Shown: positions 10,338-20,203 of the stretch, one piece after another | Numbering within the stretch: position 1 is the first letter of the stretch | How the letters are laid out: each line of letters opens with the position of its first letter | NCBI GenBank assembly: GCA_902580215.1 | Contig: CACHJT010000006.1 | Location: forward strand, 1,223 to 65,222 | Direction of reading: 5' to 3' | Length of the DNA: 64,000 nt | From: an uncultured Candidatus Actinomarina sp. | GTDB taxonomy: Bacteria; Actinomycetota; Acidimicrobiia; Actinomarinales; Actinomarinaceae | Notes under the pieces: model-generated | Databases searched by the model: none | What the model was told of the DNA's origin: nothing | What the model saw: only the letters and a program-made list of their open reading frames with translations | Position numbers and translations under genes: made by a program

Positions 10338-10363
10338 GTGAGTGCCCCCGTAGGGGCACTCAT
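10338..10363 (-). terminator. GC-rich hairpin just 3' of rnpB (terminator or processing/stability stem)
   Basis: Minus strand TGAGTGCCCC-TACG-GGGGCACTCA: perfect 10-bp stem with a cUACGg tetraloop. Confidence 0.6.
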
Positions 10364-10367
10364 GTTT

Positions 10368-10702
10368 TTGTGAAACTATAAGCCGGATTCTGTATATGTT
10401 TGCACATACGATAATCATCCATCTTGTATATTTGTTACCAAATATATCTAGCTACTTACCCGCAATTATTTGCCGAGTCAGCTAATTGCTTCTTAGTATT
10501 GCTCCTAGAGGGGTTTACAAGCTTGTTTAATTACTTAAACAACTGGTGGTCTCTTACACCACCTTTTCACCCTTGCTTATCACAGATAAGCGGTTTGTTT
10601 TCTGTTGCACTTTCCGTCAATTACTTGCCTGGGAGTTACCCAGCTCTATTACTCTGTGGAGTCCGGACTTTCCTCGATAAATCGCGATTATCCATTTCAC
10701 AG
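10368..10702 (-). ncRNA. rnpB: RNase P RNA, bacterial type A
   Basis: Minus strand carries GAGGAAAGTCCGG, GAAAGTGCAACAGAAA, GGGTGAAAAGGTGGTGTAAGAGACCACC and ACAGAATCCGGCTTATAG; P1 ends TGTGAAA/TTTCACA pair. End coordinates are approximate. Confidence 0.97.
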
Positions 10703-10717
10703 AAATAATAATAATTC

Positions 10718-11206
10718 TTAATTAGTTAGATGTGAATAATTATTTATTATTTCTTGAAAATCATTTATTGATATTGGACCAATATATTTTTTTATTACTT
10801 CTCCATTTTTTACAATGTGAGTTTCGGGTACTCCAAAGACACCCGAGTATATTGCAATTTTACTATTTTGATCAACTACGTACTGAATATTGCCAACACC
10901 ATATTCATTTATAAATTTGAGAGCATTCTCTCTACTGTCTTGAAAAGAAAGCATAAATACAGAATTTTCAAATCCTTTGGTTTTTGACAATTCAATAAGA
11001 TAAGGATGTTCCTCTATGCACTCTAAACACCAGGATGCCCAGTAGTTTATAATTAAAAAATTATTATTAGATAAATCAATATTCTCATTTGTCTCCAATA
11101 TTTGTAAATTTTTCAAATTTACTGGATCAATAAATATTCCTTCGTCAACAACATCTGAGCTGCAAAATGAAAACAATAATAAAAAAATTAAAAGTTTAAT
11201 TTTCAT
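10718..11206 (-). CDS. ccmG: TlpA/CcmG(DsbE)-like thiol:disulfide oxidoreductase
   Basis: NYWASWCLEC, GVFGVPET cis-Pro loop, lipoprotein-like N-terminus; last gene of the ccm operon. Confidence 0.78.
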   Translation of the reverse strand: MKIKLLIFLLLFSFCSSDVVDEGIFIDPVNLKNLQILETNENIDLSNNNFLIINYWASWCLECIEEHPYLIELSKTKGFENSVFMLSFQDSRENALKFINEYGVGNIQYVVDQNSKIAIYSGVFGVPETHIVKNGEVIKKYIGPISINDFQEIINNYSHLTN

Positions 11207-11732
11207 ATATCGACAATATTTCTTGAATAATCTCTAGATCTTCATTAGATAAAGTAGGATCGGTCTTTAGGAATGTTAATATTTCATAACCCTCTTTTCT
11301 GGTTTCCTCTTGTTGAATAAGAATAATTCCAAGATAAGTTTTTGCTAGTAAGGATTCAGGAGAAATAGCTAAAGCTTCTTCAATATAATTAAGTGAAGTT
11401 AGGGTGTCACCTGAATCATGAACCATCCATCCTATTTGAGCTAAAGCAAGACTTTTTAACTCTAAATCTTCTGAATTTTGTGCAACGTGCATGAAGTGGG
11501 GAAGAGCACTTGAGTAATTAAATTCCTCGAAATAGCGGTTAGCAAGTGCAATTCTCATTGGAAATATATCTGGATTTAATTCTATAACTTTCTCCATTTC
11601 AGCATTTGATACATCTTCCAAATTAGTGTTTTGATTAGCAATTTCTGAGGCGTTGTCATTTAAATTTATTAAAAGAAAGAATGGAAATAGAAATATGAAA
11701 AGACCCGCATATAGCCATTTATTTTTTAACAT
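11196..11732 (-). CDS. Membrane-anchored TPR protein (CcmI/CycH-like)
   Basis: One N-terminal TM then TPR-like helical repeats; directly follows ccmH. Start set at MLKNKW. Confidence 0.6.
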   Translation of the reverse strand: MLKNKWLYAGLFIFLFPFFLLINLNDNASEIANQNTNLEDVSNAEMEKVIELNPDIFPMRIALANRYFEEFNYSSALPHFMHVAQNSEDLELKSLALAQIGWMVHDSGDTLTSLNYIEEALAISPESLLAKTYLGIILIQQEETRKEGYEILTFLKTDPTLSNEDLEIIQEILSIYEN

Positions 11733-12078
11733 ACAATTTCCTAACAAACAATAAAACAAACCCAAAAACTAATGTCAATGGAATAAACAGTATTTCTAAA
11801 TTACGATTTATTGGGTTGGTAATAATTCTTTCACCATATCTTGATACCCAAAATGTATATATTTGATCATCAGTTAAGCCTTCGTTAATCTGTTCAAGCA
11901 AGATAGCACCCATATCGTCTGCATATTCGGACGGAGAATCATAAATAGTTTCACCTTGACAGACTGGGCATAGTAGTGATTTACTCCATTGTTCATATCT
12001 AGATTCATTATCTGGAAATAAACTAGGTAATGTGAATAGTAATACTAAAAGCAAAAGAGTTAAATACCTATTTTTCAT
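11719..12078 (-). CDS. ccmH: Cytochrome c biogenesis protein CcmH
   Basis: LLCPVCQGETIYDS, RYGERI and a C-terminal TM. Confidence 0.85.
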   Translation of the reverse strand: MKNRYLTLLLLVLLFTLPSLFPDNESRYEQWSKSLLCPVCQGETIYDSPSEYADDMGAILLEQINEGLTDDQIYTFWVSRYGERIITNPINRNLEILFIPLTLVFGFVLLFVRKLYVKK

Positions 12079-13963
12079 TTTTACTTAATCTTGGTACAAA
12101 TGAAATACTTGAAACAAACAATCCTATCCACATTATAAAAATTCCATAATTATTTCTGACGATAAGCTTATAACTATTTTCATCGATAAATTTTACAGTT
12201 ATATATACATCATTTATAAAAGTTCTAAATACTGCAGGTGAGCTTATTGCTTGTTGAGAAGAATTATTAAATATATTTAAAGAAGTATATTTAGTAGTAT
12301 TTTGATTTGAAATAGGAAGTTTTATTACATTTTTTTCAGGAAAACTTTCTTCAATTGAGTCATAAACAAAGTAAGTTTGATCGTTAAAGGTAAATTCTTC
12401 AAATGAATTGATTTCTTTTTCAGTTGAGTAACTCTGACTTACATTCAAAATTATTCCAAAAGCAAAAATAGCAATACCTAAATGTGCTATTTGGCCTGTC
12501 CAGTATGTTTTATTGATTTTAGATTTTCTGAAGTTTTTAAATAAGTTATTTACAGTTATAAGAATTAACATAAATGATACTGCTACAGTAACAACCAAAA
12601 TATATGAATTATCAAATGTAAGCAGAGTAAGAATACTTATTGCTAATGAGCTATTTATTAAAATCATATTTTCTTTAAACCATTTATTGATATTTAAATT
12701 TTTTATAGTCAACTTGTTTGAAAAAATCATAAGCCCTAACAATATGACTAAAAGAGGTCCAACCAGAATGTCGTAATAAGATCTACCAATTGTTATTTGC
12801 CTGTCATAAAGCGTTTCATAAATTAGTGGGAAAATTGTTCCTATGAAAATAACTAGAGCAGATGAAAACAAAAAAATGTTGTTATAAACAAAAAACCCTG
12901 CTTTTCCGAACCAATTATCAATTTTTTTTGAGTTTGAAAAATATTCAACATTCTTTGATCCAATAACAATAAAAATAATTCCAAAAAGTATCATTCCAAA
13001 CAATAGATAAGTTCCTATATTTCCATTAGAGAATGCATGAACAGAAATTAAGACACCTGATCTCGTCACAAAAGTGCCAAATATTGTAGATAAAAACATC
13101 AAGCCAACCAATATGTAATTCCAATTTAATAATGTATTTTGAGACTTTTGTATTTTTGCTGAATGAAGAAATGCTGTTGCCAAAAGCCATGGTATAAATG
13201 AGACATTCTCAACTGGATCCCAAGCCCAGTATCCTCCCCATCCTAAAACTTCGTATGACCAGGCAGCACCAAGTGTTATTCCAATTGTTAGAAATAACCA
13301 CGGTATATAAGTTGTTTTTTCAGCAACCTCTATCCAATCGTTGGCATTTTGTTTTTTTGAATATAACCTGCTTGTCGCAGCAACAAATGGCATTGTCATC
13401 CCGACATATCCTATATATAGCATTGGTGGGTGGATTGCCATTAGAGGATGATTTTGGAGTAAAGGGTTGGGGCCACGACCAATGTTACTGGTTACCAATT
13501 CCTGAAAAGGTAACAAACTTGAATTATTACAACCTACAGCTGCGAGCTCAATACAACCCGCAAAAGGAGAGGAGCTAAAAACTGTGTATCCAACAAAAAA
13601 GATCATAATTAATGAAAAAATCTTTATATCTATATCTGATGAAAGATCTTTATATGATTTTAAATAAAGATACATAAAGAAACTTAAACATAGATTCCAT
13701 AAAAGTATAGATCCATCTAAGGAGCCCCAAAGAGAGGCAAACTTATATAAAGGGGGAGTAGATTCAGCTGAATAGTTTGCTATATAAGAGATAGAAAAGT
13801 CATTCAAAAACAATCCTATTTCAAGCAAACAAAATAAGAAAACTTGTACAAAAAGATTTAATCTTACAAGAATTTCTGTATAGATTTCTTTTTTATTAAA
13901 GAATAGAATTACTAATAAAACAAAGCTTATCCAACTAAAAATAATTCCAGTGTTGTAAATCAT
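12068..13963 (-). CDS. ccmF: Cytochrome c synthetase (heme lyase) CcmF
   Basis: LWGSLDGS, HPPMLYIGY, WGGYWAWDPVEN, VHAF, AHLG. Confidence 0.95.
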   Translation of the reverse strand: MIYNTGIIFSWISFVLLVILFFNKKEIYTEILVRLNLFVQVFLFCLLEIGLFLNDFSISYIANYSAESTPPLYKFASLWGSLDGSILLWNLCLSFFMYLYLKSYKDLSSDIDIKIFSLIMIFFVGYTVFSSSPFAGCIELAAVGCNNSSLLPFQELVTSNIGRGPNPLLQNHPLMAIHPPMLYIGYVGMTMPFVAATSRLYSKKQNANDWIEVAEKTTYIPWLFLTIGITLGAAWSYEVLGWGGYWAWDPVENVSFIPWLLATAFLHSAKIQKSQNTLLNWNYILVGLMFLSTIFGTFVTRSGVLISVHAFSNGNIGTYLLFGMILFGIIFIVIGSKNVEYFSNSKKIDNWFGKAGFFVYNNIFLFSSALVIFIGTIFPLIYETLYDRQITIGRSYYDILVGPLLVILLGLMIFSNKLTIKNLNINKWFKENMILINSSLAISILTLLTFDNSYILVVTVAVSFMLILITVNNLFKNFRKSKINKTYWTGQIAHLGIAIFAFGIILNVSQSYSTEKEINSFEEFTFNDQTYFVYDSIEESFPEKNVIKLPISNQNTTKYTSLNIFNNSSQQAISSPAVFRTFINDVYITVKFIDENSYKLIVRNNYGIFIMWIGLFVSSISFVPRLSKNEK

Positions 13964-14361
13964 TCCGAATAATTTTCTACGTTATATGTTTCACCATCAC
14001 TTGATACATATTCATTGTCGTGTTTAACTAGCATATCATCAGCAAGAAAAGTATTATTATCAAACACTCCATCAAGAATCACACCCATATTTTCTTGAAA
14101 TAATTCTGGAACAAAACCATCAAATATTATTTCAATATCTTTATTGCCATCAGTTATTGTAAAATTTGTAAATCCACCATCCTTAGCAATAGTTCCTTCA
14201 ACTACAAAACCTCCTAATTTGATTCTTTCTTCACTTTCTAATTCGATGTTTAAAGTTTCTGATGTCGTGTAGTAGTAAATAGTATTTCTAGATGCAATAA
14301 TTGAACTTGCATAAACAATTAACCCAATGCCCAAGAGGACAATAATAAAATTTTTTTTCAC
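13960..14361 (-). CDS. ccmE: Heme chaperone CcmE
   Basis: IKLGGFV..G, G.VPELFQE...V...G, and KHDNEY (HxxxY). Confidence 0.9.
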   Translation of the reverse strand: MKKNFIIVLLGIGLIVYASSIIASRNTIYYYTTSETLNIELESEERIKLGGFVVEGTIAKDGGFTNFTITDGNKDIEIIFDGFVPELFQENMGVILDGVFDNNTFLADDMLVKHDNEYVSSDGETYNVENYSE

Positions 14362-14366
14362 TCTAT

Positions 14367-15035
14367 TTAAATTTTAGCCCTTGATTTAGGATTTAAATAA
14401 TTGTCCCATAAGATATCATTTGAAATTCTGAACCTTTTTGTGAGAAATGTATGAACAAGCGTAACTAATAACACACTTAATAAGAGAGTAATTAGTATGT
14501 CAGAAGACATAGGGGCGTCTCCAGAGGCTACAGTTTCTTGGCTAAGAATGCTAGCTTGTTGATGAACTGACCTCCACCAAATAACACTAAAATGCAATAT
14601 AGGTATCTGGACAACTCCAAAAATTCCTATTAGCGATGAGTTCCTAGCTGTTTTTCCTAAATCTTTATTAAATTGTCTTGAAGCAATATATCCTAAATAA
14701 ACAAGTAAAAGAATTGCAGTTAAATTGAGCCTAGCATCACCCCAAACCCACCATGTTCCCCATGTTTGCTTGCCCCAGTATGAACCAGATAGCAAAGTAA
14801 CAATGGTGAACACAACACCAGACTTTGCATTAGCAATAGCTATTGAGTCGTATTTAGATTTATTAGAAAATAAATATAGTGCAGAATACAAAAAGGTAAG
14901 AGTGTAGGCTAAATACGCTATCCACACAGTTGGAACATGAATATATAGTAATTTTGACGATACACCTTGTGTAACGTCATAAGGTCCAAAGATAGTGACG
15001 AGTAGCCATACAACAAGGGGTCCGAATAACATCAT
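14367..15035 (-). CDS. ccmC: Heme exporter protein CcmC
   Basis: YIHVP, WGKQTWGTWWVWGDARL (WWD domain), WWRSVHQ. Confidence 0.92.
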   Translation of the reverse strand: MMLFGPLVVWLLVTIFGPYDVTQGVSSKLLYIHVPTVWIAYLAYTLTFLYSALYLFSNKSKYDSIAIANAKSGVVFTIVTLLSGSYWGKQTWGTWWVWGDARLNLTAILLLVYLGYIASRQFNKDLGKTARNSSLIGIFGVVQIPILHFSVIWWRSVHQQASILSQETVASGDAPMSSDILITLLLSVLLVTLVHTFLTKRFRISNDILWDNYLNPKSRAKI

Positions 15036-15667
15036 TGTGATTTCCTTAAATAAAAGTTTGTAAATGAATAAATAATCATAGTTATACCTAAAAGCATCAA
15101 TAAATAAATGTTACTTATTTCTTGATTTACACCTAACCACATTGGAGCGATTAAAATTGCAAACCCAATGTAAATTGGAACAATTAAAATAAACTGGACA
15201 AATCTGCTATTGAAACTTGTGAACATTTGGAAAAATAGATTTACCATAATTGCATTCAAGCAAAAGAATAAAACAGAGAAAATAATATAGATGATTGAAT
15301 TGTTTATAGAAGTATTCGTGAAACCAGAAAATAGAATTAAAAGAAAAATTATTTGAGGATAAAAAATTCCAAGTTCAGAAATAGTTTTACTATAAAAATA
15401 ATCAATTTTTTTTATTGATCCAAAATTTAATTCCTTGATCAGTGTTTGCTCTTCCAAAGGGTTCCTAATAGAAAAAAGTGTTGTAAAAATAATTAGAAAT
15501 AAAAGTTGAACAATGACAAACATATCATTTTCAACTCGAAACCTATTTTCAGAAAGAATAGGAAAAACAATAATTAGTACACACATTGTTGGTGTTATTA
15601 GAAATAGTGAGGTGTTATTTCTTAATTCCAAATTTAATTCTTTTTTAATGATGAATTTCTTAATCAT
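15032..15667 (-). CDS. ccmB: Heme exporter permease CcmB (divergent)
   Basis: About 6 TM; KKELNLELR N-terminus; lies between ccmA and ccmC. Called mainly from context. Confidence 0.6.
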   Translation of the reverse strand: MIKKFIIKKELNLELRNNTSLFLITPTMCVLIIVFPILSENRFRVENDMFVIVQLLFLIIFTTLFSIRNPLEEQTLIKELNFGSIKKIDYFYSKTISELGIFYPQIIFLLILFSGFTNTSINNSIIYIIFSVLFFCLNAIMVNLFFQMFTSFNSRFVQFILIVPIYIGFAILIAPMWLGVNQEISNIYLLMLLGITMIIYSFTNFYLRKSQ

Positions 15668-16253
15668 TTAAATCTATAGTTCTTTCTATATTTGACAAGG
15701 CATTAATACTTTCCTGACTTGATAAAATTGAAGTCATCTTTTGATTCTCTCGATAATTTAATAAATCAAATAAAAGCTGAATCCCATTTTCATCTAAATA
15801 AACTTTTGGTTCGTCAATACAAAGAATGTCTGGTTTTTTTAAATCTGCAATAGCCAACTCACTTCGTTTGACCATTCCACTTGAAAAATCTTCAATTAAA
15901 TCTTCTTTAAATTCATTTAGTTGATATTTGTTAAGTGTTTCAAAAATAAACTTTTCATCAATACTTTCTTTGAAAAGAAAATATTTTATGTTTTCTATTA
16001 AGGATAATTTTGGAATTAATGATGGACTCGAACCAATCTCCATAAAAGAGTATTCTCCTCTTTCAATATTTGAATTAAAAGTATTTCCAATAAAATTATT
16101 ACTTATACACATAAGAAGAGTTGTTTTTCCAGAACCATTTTTTCCAATAATTTCGTAATTATTTGAAATTTTTAGTGATAAATCTAAATTATTTATAACA
16201 AGTTGATTTCCATATCCCAGGGATAAATTGTTTGATTTGAAAAATAAATTCAT
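15660..16253 (-). CDS. ccmA: ABC ATPase CcmA (divergent)
   Basis: Walker A GKNGSGKTT, signature FSSGMVKR, Walker B ILCIDEP; first gene of the ccm block. Confidence 0.75.
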   Translation of the reverse strand: MNLFFKSNNLSLGYGNQLVINNLDLSLKISNNYEIIGKNGSGKTTLLMCISNNFIGNTFNSNIERGEYSFMEIGSSPSLIPKLSLIENIKYFLFKESIDEKFIFETLNKYQLNEFKEDLIEDFSSGMVKRSELAIADLKKPDILCIDEPKVYLDENGIQLLFDLLNYRENQKMTSILSSQESINALSNIERTIDLND

Positions 16254-17764
16254 CTTCCTATTGTATTAGCTTCTTTATTTCTAATGAAACGTAAAATTAA
16301 CAGAAGTTCACTATAAAAATTTATAATTGTGTAGTTCTCTGGATGAATTTTTAAAAATTCAATATCTTCATCATTTAAGTCAATTTTAAGATTTACTCTA
16401 TTGTCAGTTATCTCTATATTAAAATTTTCTAAAATTTTCAAAGTCTGTTTATCAAGTACATTAATTTTTTCTTTAAATCTGTTGAATTCAAGAAAATTTT
16501 GAAGAAGGGATAAGTAGTTTTTGATTTTTTGTGCTTCCTCAAAATTTTGTTCTTTTGAGTATGTATTTAACTTATCATTTAATCTTTTTACTTCTTTACT
16601 TGTCTCACTAAAGAATAAATCCAGTTTTTTTCTTAAGTTGTAGTTATATTTTTCAAGATTAAATGAATCTATGCATGCACATTGTGAATTTAGAAGTATA
16701 GATATATCACATTTTGTTTTTCTTGAATTATTATTCTTACACCTAACTGTTTCAAATCTATTATCTAAAAAATTTTTAAAATTTTTAGCTTTTGTATAAC
16801 TCAAGAATGGACCAATTTGAAAAATTGTATTTTTAGATAATTCAATTTTTGAAATCTCCAAATTAGATTTGTTACTTTTTAGTTTTATCCAATATATATT
16901 TTTTGGTATTCTCCCACTTCTATTTAGTTGAGGTTTAAATTTATTTATCAATCGTTGTTCAACTATTAATGAAATGAGTTCATTTGGTAGATTCATGACC
17001 TTTAAGCTATTTGAAGTATTTACAATTTTGTTTGATTTATAACTTCTTGAGTGGCTCAAGTGTGAATTTATTCTATTTTTTAAATTACTTGATTTACCAA
17101 CATAATTTAAAGACTTATTATTTGAAAATATATAAACACCATGTGAAGTTGGAATATTTTGTAAATTAAATTTCTTTTTTAAATTTAAATCAATACCGCT
17201 AAGAAATTCATTGACTCTATGAATACTTTCTTTATTTTTGATTTCGTCAAATAACGACAAATGCTTAAACACTTCATAAGTCGTGAGTACATCTGCTTTA
17301 GAATTATGTTCATTTTGATTAATTGTCTTAAAATATTTACTCAAGGTCACGAGTTTATGATTTTTTACTTTAGTTCTAAGCAACGCTCTGGAGAGATTTA
17401 ACGTATCCAGTGTCATATTATTTAATTCATTAAAGTTTTTTTTGTTCAATTCATAATTTAAGAAAGATAAATCAAACCTTAAATTGTGGCCAATTATTAC
17501 AGAATCATCCACAAAATTTTTTATTTTTTCAATTTCATTATCAATTTTTGGAGAATTTTCTACATGCCAAGGATATATACCGGTAAGGTTTGAAATAAAG
17601 AGGGGTATTTCTATTTGCGGATTAAATTTAGAATAATATTCATCTACAACCTCATCATTAAATATTTTTAGCATATAAAGCTCAATAACTTTATCAACAC
17701 CAGCTTTAACACCAGTTGTTTCAACATCTAAAATGACAAGATGTTGATTTTTTACAAATTTCAA
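16250..17764 (-). CDS. DEDDh (DnaQ-like) 3'-5' exonuclease fused to GIY-YIG nuclease and UVR domains
   Basis: LDVETTG, GHNLRFD, HNSKADV; GVYIF...YVGKS..L..RI.SH; EQNFEEAQKIKN. Confidence 0.85.
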   Translation of the reverse strand: MKFVKNQHLVILDVETTGVKAGVDKVIELYMLKIFNDEVVDEYYSKFNPQIEIPLFISNLTGIYPWHVENSPKIDNEIEKIKNFVDDSVIIGHNLRFDLSFLNYELNKKNFNELNNMTLDTLNLSRALLRTKVKNHKLVTLSKYFKTINQNEHNSKADVLTTYEVFKHLSLFDEIKNKESIHRVNEFLSGIDLNLKKKFNLQNIPTSHGVYIFSNNKSLNYVGKSSNLKNRINSHLSHSRSYKSNKIVNTSNSLKVMNLPNELISLIVEQRLINKFKPQLNRSGRIPKNIYWIKLKSNKSNLEISKIELSKNTIFQIGPFLSYTKAKNFKNFLDNRFETVRCKNNNSRKTKCDISILLNSQCACIDSFNLEKYNYNLRKKLDLFFSETSKEVKRLNDKLNTYSKEQNFEEAQKIKNYLSLLQNFLEFNRFKEKINVLDKQTLKILENFNIEITDNRVNLKIDLNDEDIEFLKIHPENYTIINFYSELLLILRFIRNKEANTIGR

Positions 17765-17765
17765 T

Positions 17766-18557
17766 TTATTTTGTTAATTCCCACATACCGATAGCCGCAG
17801 CAGTAGAAGCATTTAGTGAGTCAACATTATTTGTTGATCGAATACTCAAAGATATGTGATTAGATGCAAACCAATCATCTGAAATACCATACTGTTCAGC
17901 ACCAACAACCAGTGCAAAATTCGCATCAGGTTTAAAATTTTCTAAAACAGTTTCTCCTTCTGGGTCTAGTAATATAATTTGATATTTTTTAGTTTCCAGT
18001 ATTTCAATTATTTCTTTATTTGTGCCACTTGAAATATTCATATGAAATAAGTGTCCAATAGAAGACCTGATGACATTTGGATTAAAAATATCTGTAATTT
18101 CATCAGAAAGAAAAACATTATTTATTCCAAAAGACTTTGCAGTTCTTATCATTGTTCCTAAGTTTCCAGGTTTTTCTATTTGATCAGGTATCAAAATAGG
18201 ACCATTAATTTCAGAAGTTATACCAATATGTTCTGTATTAAAAAGTGATATAAAACCATCTGGCCTATCCCTATAAGACATAGCATTAAAAACCTTTTTT
18301 GAAACCTGAACTATTCTTACATTTGATTTTCGATATTCCTCTAAAAGATTCTGATTATTATTTCCAATAAATAGATCACTGCAAAAGTACAAAGTATCTA
18401 TTTCGTACCTTGATTCTATTAATTGGTAACATTCTCTAAATCCTTCTGTAAGAGATTTATTATTTGATTTTCTATTTCGGTTTTTTTTAAGAGATACTAA
18501 AAATTTATACTCTGGATTATTGAGGGAATCTATTTGTTTATCTACTGAAAAATTCAT
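17766..18557 (-). CDS. TrmH/SpoU family RNA 2'-O-methyltransferase
   Basis: EKPGNLGTMIRTA, VVGAEQYG, DSLNASTAAAI. Confidence 0.9.
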   Translation of the reverse strand: MNFSVDKQIDSLNNPEYKFLVSLKKNRNRKSNNKSLTEGFRECYQLIESRYEIDTLYFCSDLFIGNNNQNLLEEYRKSNVRIVQVSKKVFNAMSYRDRPDGFISLFNTEHIGITSEINGPILIPDQIEKPGNLGTMIRTAKSFGINNVFLSDEITDIFNPNVIRSSIGHLFHMNISSGTNKEIIEILETKKYQIILLDPEGETVLENFKPDANFALVVGAEQYGISDDWFASNHISLSIRSTNNVDSLNASTAAAIGMWELTK

Positions 18558-19143
18558 TATGTATCAGTTTCTTTTTATTATGTTTATTTTTAGAAATATC
18601 TGTGTTGCTATCTTCAACCCCAGCAGTAATCATTCCGATTATTTGATAAGTATCTGGAATTTTAAATTCTTCATGAATTTTTTTTCTATCGATATTATGC
18701 AATCCCATAAACCCTGAAGATAACTCTTTTTCTTCTATAAGTAAAATACAATTCATCATCGCTGCACCAGCATCAACATACCAATATGGCACATCCCAAT
18801 CTTTGGAGTTTACAGCGTTTGTTTTATCATTTTTCGAGTATCTGTGGTGATAAGCCTCTTCGTTAAGCAATATAAAAAATAAAGCTAAGGAGTTTGAGAT
18901 CCATGGAGATTTACCATCTTTAATAAAATTATCCTCATTAAAGATTTTGGATACGTTTTTTATCTTTTTAACATCAAAGGTATTTAGAATCTCTATTCCA
19001 CGAGAAAATCCTGCAGTAGGAATTTTTATTGAAAACTTTGAGATATTTTTTAACTTAGTATCTTCTAGAGAAGTTTTTTTATAGTTTCTAACAACTTTTC
19101 TATTATTTAAAAGATTCTCAAGATAAGTTGTTTCATTAGTCAT
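18538..19143 (-). CDS. Nitroreductase family protein
   Basis: NRKVVRNY, PTAG, WYVDAGAAMMN..L, SGFMG. Confidence 0.8.
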   Translation of the reverse strand: MTNETTYLENLLNNRKVVRNYKKTSLEDTKLKNISKFSIKIPTAGFSRGIEILNTFDVKKIKNVSKIFNEDNFIKDGKSPWISNSLALFFILLNEEAYHHRYSKNDKTNAVNSKDWDVPYWYVDAGAAMMNCILLIEEKELSSGFMGLHNIDRKKIHEEFKIPDTYQIIGMITAGVEDSNTDISKNKHNKKKLIHNEFFSR

Positions 19144-20203
19144 TAACTTGTTGCATATATTTGACTACGGAGTCACCAACTTCACTAGTGGACATACCCA
19201 TTTTTCCAGCTGATAGGGAATCAAGCTTTATAGCAGTTTCAATTATCGCTTTTTCAATATCCTCTGCATAATTTTCCTCACCGAGTTGTTTGACCATCAT
19301 TGCCGCAGCTCCAATACATGCCAATGGATTGATAACATTTTTATTTGTATATTTTGGTGCCGAGCCACCTATTGGCTCAAACATAGACACACCTTCAGGA
19401 TTAATATTACCTCCAGCTGCAATACCCATACCGCCTTGAATCATGGCACCTAAGTCAGTAATAATGTCACCAAACATATTGTCAGTAACTATTACATCAA
19501 ACCACTCAGGATTTTTCACCATCCACATACAGACAGCATCAACATGGCCATAATCAGTCTCTATTTCAGGATAATCTTTCGCAACATCATAAAAAATTCT
19601 CTCCCATAAATCATGAGCATAAGTAAGTACATTAGTTTTTGCACATAAGGTAATTTTTTTACGATTGTTATTTTTTGTATATTCAAAAGCATATTTTATA
19701 CATCTATGTATTGCATAATACGAATTAATGGATTCTTGTGTTGCAATTTCATTTTCTGTTCCAAAATGAATGTAGCCTCCTGCACCTGCATATAATCCTT
19801 CTGTATTTTCTCTAACAACGACAAAGTTAATATCTTCTGGAGATTTGTTAGCTAGGGGAGTTTCTACTCCTGGATAAAGAACCACAGGTCTTAAATTAAT
19901 ATACTGATCAAATTCTTTACGTAATTTAAGAAGAATTCCTTGCTCTAAAATTCCTGGCTTTACATCTGGATGACCAATAGCTCCAAGTAAAACTGCGTCA
20001 GAATTTTTGAATTGTTCAATATCTTTTTCAGTTACAAGTTCTCCAGTATTTAAATATCTATCTCCACCAAGATCATTGTTTGTGAAATTAAATTTTATTT
20101 TGTATTGTTCAGAAGTGTTTTCAAGGACTTTTACAGCTTCATTGACGACCTCAGGACCAGTTCCGTCACCTGGAAGTAGGGTAATGTTAAATTCTTTACT
20201 CAT
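19136..20203 (-). CDS. leuB: 3-isopropylmalate dehydrogenase
   Basis: [48 protein letters not shown]. Confidence 0.93.
   Translation of the reverse strand: MSKEFNITLLPGDGTGPEVVNEAVKVLENTSEQYKIKFNFTNNDLGGDRYLNTGELVTEKDIEQFKNSDAVLLGAIGHPDVKPGILEQGILLKLRKEFDQYINLRPVVLYPGVETPLANKSPEDINFVVVRENTEGLYAGAGGYIHFGTENEIATQESINSYYAIHRCIKYAFEYTKNNNRKKITLCAKTNVLTYAHDLWERIFYDVAKDYPEIETDYGHVDAVCMWMVKNPEWFDVIVTDNMFGDIITDLGAMIQGGMGIAAGGNINPEGVSMFEPIGGSAPKYTNKNVINPLACIGAAAMMVKQLGEENYAEDIEKAIIETAIKLDSLSAGKMGMSTSEVGDSVVKYMQQVND

Noticed and set aside
10424-10708. 94-aa plus-strand ORF
   Set aside because: It is the antisense of rnpB.
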